Shown: positions 40,538 through 50,066 of the stretch, one piece after another | Layout: every line of letters starts with the position of its first letter | Numbering within the stretch: position 1 is the stretch's first letter | Origin: Pseudomonadota bacterium | GTDB lineage: Bacteria > Desulfobacterota > Desulfobacteria > Desulfobacterales > JBDRRP01 | Reading direction: 5' to 3' | Assembly (NCBI GenBank): GCA_043825735.1 | Contig: JBDRRP010000093.1 | Span: forward strand, 62,001 to 126,000 | DNA length: 64,000 bases | Program-made: the position numbers and the translations under genes | The notes under the pieces: model-generated | What the model was told of the DNA's origin: nothing | Databases searched by the model: none | The model's input: only the letters and a program-made list of their open reading frames with translations

Positions 40538-41854
40538 ATGATCGGCAAGGTCCTGAAGCGGAACGGGACGAAGATGGAAGGACTTGGTGTGTTGAGCAAG
40601 GTCAAGAAGTTGTTGGCAGTATCAATAAAGATTGATCAGGTCTGGTCAACAGGTCGGTCGTTGTTCGACCCTGTGCGCGGGATGGCCGTGACGTTGGCGG
40701 CAGCGGTCGTTCTGTTCGGTATGAGCGGTTGTGCGAGTATGCCCAAGAATGTTCTATTCAATGAAGCGATGATTCCGAAGGCTTCTGGTTGGGGTCAGCC
40801 GCTGGCGCGGAACGGCATCGTGGACGGTTTGGAGTCAACGGTCGATCGTTTGCATGATGCTATAGGGGCCGCACCGACGAGCGAGATGGTGCTGAGCAAG
40901 CTTGTTCCTGTACTGCAAGCTGTTATCGGTGAGGCGTCTGCGCTGATCGCAGCAGGTAGCGATGTGGCGCTTATCCAGGATAATACGGACGTGCTTCGTC
41001 GTTCGTTGGAGAGTATTGGAGGAGCGGACCCGAGAGTGAATGATACTTATGATGTAATTTTTCACATGGATGGGGATGACCCGCGTACTGTCCGAGTGTT
41101 GCGGGCGATCGGAGACCTGACGGGTATTTATTTCCAAAGCAAGCTGAAAAGAGGAGACAAGGTCATGGCGGTACTCCCTGGTCTGGGGGGTAATCTCAAG
41201 ACATATGACCCCTGGTATTCCGATCCACGCATCAACGATAAGTATGTGCTGGGAACGGCCGTTTATAACTCATCTGCAGATAGCGCGATACAAGCGCGGT
41301 TCCTGGCGGCTGCTATTTCGGATATCTATCGAAGGACCGGAGAGAAAGTCATACTGGTAGGGCACTCGCTGGCGGCTGGCGTTGTGGCGTATATTATCGC
41401 AGATAAGCTGGTGCCTGATGAGATGCTCGACCAGGTTTTTCTATTGTCAGGTATTGTGGGAGGGATAAAGAGCTTGATCCTTAAAGGGATGGCTTATGAC
41501 CCGGTATTCCGTTTTGTTTATGCGAAGACTTTTGGCTCCTCGATAGTCGATCGCTTTAATGTACTATCCCCGGGCGGAACGGTCTGGGATGATCCCGAAA
41601 GAGTGGCGGCTGTGCGTAAGAGAGCTATTATGGTTCTGCCTGAAACGGAAGGTCTATATGGCAAGAAGAAGGATAGGGATCCTTTGGTTCAAGAATCCCT
41701 TTATGAAAGTGATCAAGTGGTGATCGTAAGGGTGCCGGATACAGCGGATCTGCATTCAGCAACGGTGGAAGCGCTTGGAATAAATGCAGTCCTGGAATGG
41801 CTGGAGAAGCCGGATGATGTCGGCCCATCTCATCGCTTGGCATTGGGGCAATAG
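40538..41854 (+). CDS. Foreign-looking putative lipoprotein with alpha/beta-hydrolase-like motif (true start probably downstream)
   Basis: 438-codon ORF with many T/A-ending codons; VLFGMSGC lipobox-like segment; VLPGLGG and VILVGHSLAA nucleophile-elbow-like motifs. Confidence 0.6.
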   Translation: MIGKVLKRNGTKMEGLGVLSKVKKLLAVSIKIDQVWSTGRSLFDPVRGMAVTLAAAVVLFGMSGCASMPKNVLFNEAMIPKASGWGQPLARNGIVDGLESTVDRLHDAIGAAPTSEMVLSKLVPVLQAVIGEASALIAAGSDVALIQDNTDVLRRSLESIGGADPRVNDTYDVIFHMDGDDPRTVRVLRAIGDLTGIYFQSKLKRGDKVMAVLPGLGGNLKTYDPWYSDPRINDKYVLGTAVYNSSADSAIQARFLAAAISDIYRRTGEKVILVGHSLAAGVVAYIIADKLVPDEMLDQVFLLSGIVGGIKSLILKGMAYDPVFRFVYAKTFGSSIVDRFNVLSPGGTVWDDPERVAAVRKRAIMVLPETEGLYGKKKDRDPLVQESLYESDQVVIVRVPDTADLHSATVEALGINAVLEWLEKPDDVGPSHRLALGQ

Positions 41855-42131
41855 AGAAAGCAGCGCTGTGTCGCCTGCAACCGATGATCCGGCAATGATC
41901 AATGGTGGTATTGACCTGGAGGGGGAGGTTGCCGAAACTGATTTTTTATTTGGTTCTCCTCTGCTCGGGTTGCTGATATCGTTGGCTGTTGATTGCTGAA
42001 GATGCCTATCTTCTTCATCCCTTTGTCCTCCTTTTTGAGTTCAAGTATTTATCGCGCAAAAGATACCCTCTACCCACCTTTTATTATCCGCTTATTTCAC
42101 GACCCGAGCTTTCTTGACGGATTTGCCCTCT

Positions 42132-42431
42132 TTGTTGATTTCATCAACTTTATGATTTACTACCCAAAACACCAATCGCCGCTGAATGAAACTACCGATC
42201 GGGCCCATAAGCGTGTGAGCGGGGTCTGCGAAACCGAAGGCGTTGACGCGGCACATCCGAGAAGCGGCAACCGGAGACGGGGCGCTTTGCCGTGCGCGCA
42301 CAACTATCTGTCGAGTTGACTAGAAAGGGGGCCTGTGACTGACCGAGACAGCCAGACAGCTTAGTATCTCTACTTCGGCTATCGCGAGAATCATCGCATA
42401 AAGTCAATATAGTCCACAACGTCCCTTAAAA
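42132..42431 (+). mobile_element. Non-autonomous element copy 2
   Basis: Direct repeat of 40197-40503; ends AAGTCAATATAGTCCACAACGTCCC. Confidence 0.7.
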
Positions 42432-42879
42432 TACTTAGGTCGGTTTACCGCTTTTGAACATCACCCGGGCCCTCTTGGTTTTGCCGGTTTTCGATTTGCA
42501 GGGATACCTGATTCGACGTGTTTGTTCGTGACCTTCCTATATCCGGCAGCGCGGCGCGCTGATATAAAATCGCGGTGCTCAACGCGAACGCTCGAAGTGA
42601 CAACAGCGCAACGACGAGCATTGGGGTCGCCAAAAACCTCTCCAAGAGGCCTGCCCGATGCACTCTCTTTGAAGTTATCGGCCCAAATGGCGGTACCTTA
42701 AGCAAAACTGCGCGACTGCCGGTGGCTGGGTCCCCATATTGACACAGTGCGCTCGAAACTTCGGACAGTGTGACCGTCGCCCGGGGCCTGGACGGTGTCA
42801 TACGATTTAATCAGAACCGATCTTAAAAAAGTCTTGGTGGTCTCTGTGGAGATTTCAGACTATTACAGGGTTATCAAGT

Positions 42880-42970
42880 TTGACAGTGCTGTAAAAAGTC
42901 GGATTTTCCCTTTTTTCGTCATCCCGGACGAGTGAAACGAGATCCGGGATCCAGTGATTTCAAGCACTTC
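42880..42970. mobile_element. Partial MITE family A copy (inverted relative to 32836-32981)
   Basis: gtaaaaagtcgg...cgtcatcccggacgagtgaaacgagatccgggatccagtgatttcaagcacttc is the near reverse complement of about 32893-32975. Confidence 0.75.
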
Positions 42971-43528
42971 TATAGGGCCCCGGCCTTCCGCCTTCGCTCT
43001 GCGAGCTACGGCGGACAGGTAACCCCCGCACCCGACACGGTTTAGTGCCCCCGGTGTCCATATGGAATGGTGCGGTGGGCGCTTCGATTCAATGACGAAT
43101 TTTATGTGTTCAAACAGCGCCTGCCTATTGATTGGAGAATCGGGCCGGAAAAACCCAACCATTGGCCGTGCCTTGCGCTTAAGATACTCCCCCCAAAACG
43201 GCAGGAGCCTCTCAAAATCATCGAAAAATTATAGAGCCGGCCCGCAATTTCTCCCGTGGCCAAGGATATCTTTCTGGGCGCCGTGATGATTTTCCCTATC
43301 AATTTTCATGCACCGCCGGGGACAGTCCTTTTAAAAATAAAGGGCCGTCTCAATAAGTGCCGGCCTTCAGTAGAAGAAATGCCTTGATGTGCCTCCTCAA
43401 GTAATGATATCAAAGTGGCCTTCTGGGGTTCGCCGGACAACACCGATGATGCCCGGCCGTTTTGCTTCCGTTACTGATACATAGCGCTTTTGAACCGTGC
43501 ATCCATCTGCCGGAGAAGGACCTGCCCT

Positions 43529-43801
43529 ATGGATTTTTGGCGCATTCCTTTTGATACCCATGTCATCGACATCACCCGGGGCGTCGTACACATCGTTGAG
43601 GAGCGGTGCAAGGGATGCGGATACTGCATCGAGTTCTGCCCTCGGGGCATCCTGGCATTCTCCAAACGGTTCAATAAAAAAGGGTACCATCCGCCCCAGG
43701 TCATTCAGGACGATGGCTGCGTAAACTGCCGCTACTGTGAGATCATTTGCCCGGAATTTGCCATTTACTCAGTCGCGGCCCCGCCTTCCCATGCCGCTTG
43801 A
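43529..43801 (+). CDS. 2-oxoacid:ferredoxin oxidoreductase delta subunit (2x4Fe-4S)
   Basis: CKGCGYCIEFCP, NKKGYHPP, CVNCRYCEIICPEFAI. Confidence 0.88.
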   Translation: MDFWRIPFDTHVIDITRGVVHIVEERCKGCGYCIEFCPRGILAFSKRFNKKGYHPPQVIQDDGCVNCRYCEIICPEFAIYSVAAPPSHAA

Positions 43802-43842
43802 CCCGCCATTTTAACCCACTACATGGAAATCGGAATCGCTTC

Positions 43843-44994
43843 ATGGAAGCCAAACCCGCCGTACTGACAGGTGTGCACTACATGACCGGAGACGAGGCCT
43901 GCGCCGAAGGGGCCTTGGCCGCCGGCTGCCGGTTTTTCGGGGCCTACCCCATCACGCCGGCCACGGAGATCGCCGAGCGCATGTCCGTGCGCCTTCCCCA
44001 GATGGGCGGCACCTTCATCCAGATGGAGGACGAGATCGCCGCCATGGCCTCCATATTGGGGGCGGCCTGGGCCGGCCAGAAGGCCATGACGTCCACATCC
44101 GGACCGGGGTTCAGTCTGATGATGGAAAATATCGGTCTGGCGGTGGTCACCGAAACCCCCTGCGTGGTGGTCAATGTCCAGCGCGGCGGCCCGTCCACCG
44201 GGCTGCCCACCATGGGCGCCCAGGCCGACATGATGCAGGCCCGCTGGGGCTCCCACGGTGACTACCAAATCATCGCCCTGGCCCCGTCCTCGGCCCAGGA
44301 GATTTTCTACCTGACCATCACGGCCTTCGATCTGAGCGAAACATACCGCACCCCGGTCCTGTTGATGACCGACGAGGTCATCGGCCACATGAGCGAAAAG
44401 GTGGTCATCCCCGAGGCCCGCGCCATAAAACCGCTCTCCCGCCCCAAGCCCAAGGGCCGCAAGGATCGTTTCCTGCTCTACAAGCCCGGTGCCAACGGCG
44501 TGGCCCCCATGCCCGCTGCCGGCGAAGGCTACAATATCCACGTCACCGGCCTGACCCATGACGAAAAAGGGTATCCGGTCATGACCGTGGACGCGCAAAA
44601 AGAGATGATGGCGCGGCTCACCGGAAAAATCATCGGCAACCGCGACAAGATCATCATGACCGATGAGCACCGGCTGGAAGACGCCGAGATCGTGCTGGTC
44701 TCCTACGGCATCTCGGCCCGGACCAGCCTGGCAGCCGTGGCACAGGCCCGGAAAAAGGGGTTGAAGGTGGGCCTGCTGCGCCTGATCACCGTCTGGCCGT
44801 TTTGCGAAGACCGGATCCGGGAGCTGGCCGCGCGAATCAAGGGATTTGTGACCGTGGAGATCAACCTGGGCCAGATCCACCTGGAAGTGACGCGGGCCAG
44901 CGGCGGGCGCGTTCCCTGCCATCTGGTGGGCCATGCCGGCGGTACGGTGATCTCTCCTGAAGACGTCGTCGCCAAGATCGAGGAGGTCTTTTGA
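43843..44994 (+). CDS. 2-oxoacid:ferredoxin oxidoreductase alpha subunit (KorA-like)
   Basis: YPITPATEI, QMEDEIA, TSGPGFSLM, QRGGPSTGLPT. Confidence 0.93.
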   Translation: MEAKPAVLTGVHYMTGDEACAEGALAAGCRFFGAYPITPATEIAERMSVRLPQMGGTFIQMEDEIAAMASILGAAWAGQKAMTSTSGPGFSLMMENIGLAVVTETPCVVVNVQRGGPSTGLPTMGAQADMMQARWGSHGDYQIIALAPSSAQEIFYLTITAFDLSETYRTPVLLMTDEVIGHMSEKVVIPEARAIKPLSRPKPKGRKDRFLLYKPGANGVAPMPAAGEGYNIHVTGLTHDEKGYPVMTVDAQKEMMARLTGKIIGNRDKIIMTDEHRLEDAEIVLVSYGISARTSLAAVAQARKKGLKVGLLRLITVWPFCEDRIRELAARIKGFVTVEINLGQIHLEVTRASGGRVPCHLVGHAGGTVISPEDVVAKIEEVF

Positions 44995-45845
44995 TGTCAA
45001 CAACGGCAATCGCTATTACAACCGAGGCCGAGGAGTGCGCGCAGCACCCCCTGGATGAGCTGATCCGCACCGACCGGATTCCCCATATCTGGTGCCCCGG
45101 ATGCGGCATCGGCACGGCCTTCGCCGCCTGCCTGCGGGCGATCAAGGCCAGCGGGCTCGACCTGCAGAAGACCTGCATGGTCTCGGGTATCGGCTGCTCT
45201 GGCCGGGCCGCCGGTTATGTGAATCTGGACTCTTTTCACACCACCCACGGCCGGGCCATCCCCTTTGCCACGGGGCTCAAGCTGGGCAACCCCGATCTCA
45301 ACGTGGTGGTCTTTTCCGGCGACGGCGATCTTTTTGCCATCGGCGGAAACCATTTCATCCATGCAGCCCGCCGAAACATGGACATCACGGTGATCTGCAT
45401 GAACAACCTCAACTACGGCATGACCGGAGGGCAGGTGGCCGCCACGACCCCCCACCACGCCAAGACCACCACCACCCAGTCCGGCAACCCTGAGGCGCCG
45501 TTCAGCCTGCCGTTGATGGCCTTTGCCGCCGGCGCCACCTATGTGGCCCGTTGGACCATCCTTCATACCCGGGAGATGATCGCATCCATCAAAAAGGCGC
45601 TGCTCAGACCCGGGTTCTCTTTCATCGAGATTCTGGGCCCCTGTCCGGTCAACTACGGCCGGCGCAACCGCGAAAAAGCCATGGACTCGCTGCGGCTCTA
45701 TCAGGAGCACACCATCATCCGGAACCGGGCCGACATCACCGATCTGGACATCGATTTCAAAAAGCAGGTGGTTCTGGGCGAGTTCGTGGAAAAGGAACGG
45801 GCGACCTGTATCGAAAACTATGACCGCACCTGCCGACTGCCTTAG
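44994..45845 (+). CDS. 2-oxoacid:ferredoxin oxidoreductase beta subunit (KorB-like, TPP-binding)
   Basis: WCPGCG, SGIGCS, HGRA, GDGD, YGMTGGQ. Confidence 0.93.
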   Translation: MSTTAIAITTEAEECAQHPLDELIRTDRIPHIWCPGCGIGTAFAACLRAIKASGLDLQKTCMVSGIGCSGRAAGYVNLDSFHTTHGRAIPFATGLKLGNPDLNVVVFSGDGDLFAIGGNHFIHAARRNMDITVICMNNLNYGMTGGQVAATTPHHAKTTTTQSGNPEAPFSLPLMAFAAGATYVARWTILHTREMIASIKKALLRPGFSFIEILGPCPVNYGRRNREKAMDSLRLYQEHTIIRNRADITDLDIDFKKQVVLGEFVEKERATCIENYDRTCRLP

Positions 45846-45905
45846 AGAGGCCGGGTCCGCCGGCGGCGCCTTTCCGGGCTGCGGGTCCCGAAATGGGGAG
45901 GTACC

Positions 45906-46484
45906 ATGCAACAGCAGATCATCATCACCGGTTTCGGCGGGCAGGGAGTGATCCTTGCCGGGCGCATCGTGGGCAAATCGGCGGCCATCGGGGACAACCG
46001 CGAATCGACCCTGGTGCAGTCCTACGGTCCGGAATCCCGCGGGGGGGCATGCAGCGCCCAGGTGACCATTTCCGACGACGAAATCTACTTTCCCTACATC
46101 AATCACCCGGACATCCTGGTGGCCATGTCCCAGTCCGGCTATGAAAAATACAAGGACCGGCTCAAAGACGGCGGGGTACTGATCGTGGACCAGGACCTGG
46201 TGCGGCCCGAGGCCGGCGCAGGCGACCATTTCAGCGTGCCCAGCACGCGGTTTGCCGAGGAAATAGGGATCAAAATGATGGCCAATATCATCATCATCGG
46301 TTTTTTCACCGCCGTCACCGAGGCCGTCTCCCTTGAAGCGGCCCGGGCGGCGGTTGCCGAGTCGGTGCCCAAGGGGACCGAGGCCAAAAACCTCAACGCC
46401 TTTGAAAAGGGCTGGGAATACGGCCGGGCCGTACTGAAAAGCCGCGCCAAGAAAGCCGCCGGCCAGGTAGGAGTGAGCGCATGA
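45906..46484 (+). CDS. 2-oxoacid:ferredoxin oxidoreductase gamma subunit
   Basis: GFGGQGVILAG, SYGPESRGG, NLNAFEKG. Confidence 0.93.
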   Translation: MQQQIIITGFGGQGVILAGRIVGKSAAIGDNRESTLVQSYGPESRGGACSAQVTISDDEIYFPYINHPDILVAMSQSGYEKYKDRLKDGGVLIVDQDLVRPEAGAGDHFSVPSTRFAEEIGIKMMANIIIIGFFTAVTEAVSLEAARAAVAESVPKGTEAKNLNAFEKGWEYGRAVLKSRAKKAAGQVGVSA

Positions 46485-49400
46485 AAAGCCCCAAGAACCG
46501 ACTGCACAGCGTCATGGTCGTGGGGGCCACCCCCGCGGGCGTGGCCGCGACCAACAAACTCGGCGAGCTCGGCGTTCCGGTGATCCTGGTGGACACCGAA
46601 GCCGATCTGGATGCCAAGCTGGCCCATGAGAACTGCCGCCTGGATTCCGGCGTAACCCTGAATTTCGCGCACCGGCCCGGCCTGATCCGCATCCTTCGAA
46701 ACCCGTGGATCAACTGCATCATGCCCGCTGCCGTGGCCGGCGCCAAGCACAACCAGCAGGGATTCTCGATTCGCATCGACCGCCGCCAGACCTTCGTGGA
46801 CGCTTCCCGGTGCACCCTGTGCGGCCGGTGCGCCGCGGTCTGCCCGGTTCTGGGGGATGGCGCCGCGCCCCCGGTTCATGTCGGCAGCCGGCTGGCGCTG
46901 CCCGGGCGAGCCGTTATCGACAAGCGCCGTGAGCCCCTGTGCCAGGCGAGCTGCCCTTTGGGGGTCAATGTCCAGGGCTACATGGCCCTGACCGCTGCCG
47001 GCCGCTACGCGCAGGCCCTGGCCCTGATCCGGCAGGACAACGTCCTGCCCGGCATCTGCGGGCGCATCTGCCATCACCCCTGCGAAGCGGCCTGCCGGCG
47101 GGCCGATGCGGACGCCCCGCTGGCCATTCGGGCAATCAAACGCTTTCTGGCCGATGCGGGGGCCGGGCAAGACGCCCCGGCCCAGCCGCCGCCGGCCGCG
47201 CGCGCGGAGAAAATCGCCGTCGTGGGATCGGGCCCGGCCGGGCTGGCGGCCGCGGCCGATCTGGCCCGCCAGGGCTTTGCCGTCACCGTTTTCGAACGGG
47301 AAGCCCGGCCAGGGGGCCTTTTGCGCTACGGGATCGGTCCCCACCGCCTGCCCCGGGAGATCCTGGACCGGGAGATCGCGGCCATCGAGGCCATGGGCGT
47401 CACCATCATCACCGGCCACCCCGTGGACCTGCGCCGCGGTGCGGCCGAGCTGAGAAAATCCTTTGACGCCGTCATCCTCACCGTGGGCTCCTGGGCGGAT
47501 CGCAAGCTGGGCGCCCCCGGTGAAGACCTGACCGGCGTGGAAGGCGCCCTCGCCTTTTTGCAGCGCTTTTACCGCAGCCGGATCAAGAGCCTTAAAGAAA
47601 AGGTGGCCGTGATCGGCGACGGCAACGCGGCATTTGACCTGGCACGGGTGCTCCGGCGCCTGGGGGCCTCGGTGACCCTGGTCTCCTGGTTCCCGAAGGC
47701 GATGATTCCGGCCGATGCCGAGGAAGTGGCCGCTGCCAAGGCCGAAGGGGTCGTCATCGTCGACAGCCGAAAGGTGACCGCCTTTGCCGGAGAAAACGGA
47801 AAGCTCCGGCACCTGGTCCTGATGCCTACCCGCCCGGGACCGCCGGATGCCGCGGGGATCCCCTGGCCGGTGGTGGAAGACGGCGGCAAGGCCGCGCAGC
47901 TCACGGTCTCACGGGCCTTTGTGGCAATCGGCCAAAGGGGCGCTTGGCACGCCGATGCGACCGATCTGACCGTTACGGCCGGTGGATATCTTTCCGTGGA
48001 CGGCACCGGAGGCACGGCCGCCGACGGGATCTACGGGGCAGGAGATGCCGTCACCGGCGCCAGCTCCGTGGTTCAGGCCATGGCCGCCGGAAGGGCCGTG
48101 GCCGCCCGGGTGACCCGGGACCTGGGCGCAGCCGAGAGCGTCAGCCCTGAAGCGCCCAAGCCGGTCCGCCCGGCAGCGCGGGATTTTACCGCCGTTGATC
48201 CGTCCCTGCCCGCCTGCATGCGGATGGTCATGCCTGAGGCGCCGGCCGCGACCCGTCAAGCCGATTTCCGTGAAGTGGCCGAAGGCTACAGCGCAGACCA
48301 GGCCCGAACGGAAGCGGGCCGCTGCCTTCAGTGCGGAAGCTGCTCACAGTGCCTGGCTTGTGTGGACGCCTGCGCCGGGAACCGGGCGATCCGCCATGAT
48401 GAGCCGGCCCGCCGTAGCGTTGAAAACGTGGGGGTGATGATCATCGCCGATCCTGAAATGGGCGTGCGCATCAAGGGCGACGACGTGATTCGTGCCTACG
48501 GCCCCCCATCGGCCAAGACCGATGTCTACGCCATGCTCATGCGCGGCACTGCCGCCGCGGCAAAGGCCATGGTGCTGCTCAAGGATACGGGCAGCCGCCC
48601 CAAGGGGCACGGCATCGCCATGGCTCCGCCGGATCCGGGCCTGGCACCGGAGGTGCGCATGGGGGTCTTTGCCTGCCGGTGCAACGATTCCCTGGGCTGG
48701 ACGCCCGAGATGAGCGCCTATCTGGCGCGTTTGAAGGATCGACGCGATATCGTCTGTGCCGAAGAGGTCCCTTCGGCCTGCCTGCCCGAGGGGATCGGGC
48801 AGATCCTTGCACGGGTGCGGGACCAGGGCCTGACCCGGGTGGTGTTGGCCTCGTGCGTCTGCTGCCCGCTCAATTTCGTTTGCAGCGCCTGCACCGATCA
48901 GCGCAGCCGCCTCAAGGAGGGGCTTTTCAACGGCATGGGGATCAGCCGCTCCATGGTGCAGACCATCAATCTGCGCGGTGAGGTCCTTCGCCTGGTGGCC
49001 AAGGACCCGGGCCTCGCGCTGGACCGCTTCACCGGGCTCATGGACCGCTCCATCCTTCGCGGGGCCAACCTGCTGCCCTTTCCCGCCCCGGTGCGCACCT
49101 ATAATTTTACCACCGCGGTCATCGGCCGCAGCGAAGCCGCCGACACCGCCGCCCTGACCATGGCCGAGGCCGGCCTGGAGGTGATGATGTTTCACAGGGA
49201 TGCGCACCCTTCCGAGCACCCCCTGCGGCATCCCAACATCCATACCTTTTCCCTGGCGCCGGTCACCACCATCGGGGGCACCCTGGGTAATTTCAAGATC
49301 CTGGCCCAATCGGGCAGCGAACAGTGGCGCTTTACCGTCGGGGGAATCGTCTGGGGCGACAGTCCCCGGCACCTTTCCATGTACCACCGGCACCACGAGG

Positions 49401-49840
49401 GCACCGGCACGCGGGTCCACTGGGTCATGCAAAAAAGCGGTGACAAGGGCACCCCCTTTATCACCCCGGGCACGACGTCGATTTCCGGGTTGTTTCTGGC
49501 CGATCCGCCCGGCATCCAGATCTCTAAAAAAACCAAGGGAGCGGCGGTTGCGGCCTTGGCCGCGGCCGTCATGCCGCGGGGGCCGCGCCAGAACCGGGGA
49601 TTTTCGGCCAGGGTCAAAAAGGCGCTGTGCCGGGGCTGCGGGCGCTGCCTCGCCGCCTGCCCGTACCAGGCCATCGCCTTTCAGCCCAACGAGGTGGGCG
49701 GATACTATGCCGAAGTGGATGACGCCCTGTGCAAGGGGTGCGGCAACTGCATCTCGGTGTGCCCGTCGGATGCCGCCGACAGCCCTTACCGGGACCACTT
49801 CTACCTTGAACAGACCGTGGACGGCCTGCTGGCCTCGTAG
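46481..49840 (+). CDS. HdrL-like fusion: degenerate HdrA scaffold with inserted GltD/NfnB-type NAD(P)H-flavin domain
   Basis: CQASCPLG...CGRICHHPCE...IAVVGSGPAGL...GGLLRYGI (GltD-like); RMGVFACRC (HdrA N-domain); terminal CRGCGRC/CKGCGNC ferredoxin. Confidence 0.85.
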   Translation: MKSPKNRLHSVMVVGATPAGVAATNKLGELGVPVILVDTEADLDAKLAHENCRLDSGVTLNFAHRPGLIRILRNPWINCIMPAAVAGAKHNQQGFSIRIDRRQTFVDASRCTLCGRCAAVCPVLGDGAAPPVHVGSRLALPGRAVIDKRREPLCQASCPLGVNVQGYMALTAAGRYAQALALIRQDNVLPGICGRICHHPCEAACRRADADAPLAIRAIKRFLADAGAGQDAPAQPPPAARAEKIAVVGSGPAGLAAAADLARQGFAVTVFEREARPGGLLRYGIGPHRLPREILDREIAAIEAMGVTIITGHPVDLRRGAAELRKSFDAVILTVGSWADRKLGAPGEDLTGVEGALAFLQRFYRSRIKSLKEKVAVIGDGNAAFDLARVLRRLGASVTLVSWFPKAMIPADAEEVAAAKAEGVVIVDSRKVTAFAGENGKLRHLVLMPTRPGPPDAAGIPWPVVEDGGKAAQLTVSRAFVAIGQRGAWHADATDLTVTAGGYLSVDGTGGTAADGIYGAGDAVTGASSVVQAMAAGRAVAARVTRDLGAAESVSPEAPKPVRPAARDFTAVDPSLPACMRMVMPEAPAATRQADFREVAEGYSADQARTEAGRCLQCGSCSQCLACVDACAGNRAIRHDEPARRSVENVGVMIIADPEMGVRIKGDDVIRAYGPPSAKTDVYAMLMRGTAAAAKAMVLLKDTGSRPKGHGIAMAPPDPGLAPEVRMGVFACRCNDSLGWTPEMSAYLARLKDRRDIVCAEEVPSACLPEGIGQILARVRDQGLTRVVLASCVCCPLNFVCSACTDQRSRLKEGLFNGMGISRSMVQTINLRGEVLRLVAKDPGLALDRFTGLMDRSILRGANLLPFPAPVRTYNFTTAVIGRSEAADTAALTMAEAGLEVMMFHRDAHPSEHPLRHPNIHTFSLAPVTTIGGTLGNFKILAQSGSEQWRFTVGGIVWGDSPRHLSMYHRHHEGTGTRVHWVMQKSGDKGTPFITPGTTSISGLFLADPPGIQISKKTKGAAVAALAAAVMPRGPRQNRGFSARVKKALCRGCGRCLAACPYQAIAFQPNEVGGYYAEVDDALCKGCGNCISVCPSDAADSPYRDHFYLEQTVDGLLAS

Positions 49841-50066
49841 CGCATGAAATGCGCAAGATATAGGAACTGTCTATGAAGCTCAAGTTTGGTGGCACCGTAA
49901 AAAGTCCGAATCTCTCGCAAAGCCGCAGAGATCGCAAAGCTAACTAATTGACATTAAAATTGTTTTTCTTTGCGCACTTGGCGCCTCCGTGGTTCAACAT
50001 CTCTGTGCAAATAGACCAACTGGCGCATTCTGTAGAAGCGCAACCTGAAATTCGGAACCGAATCCT

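Noticed and set aside
42445..42801. 118-aa minus-strand ORF next to the island
   Set aside because: No motif, RBS or codon signal that I can support
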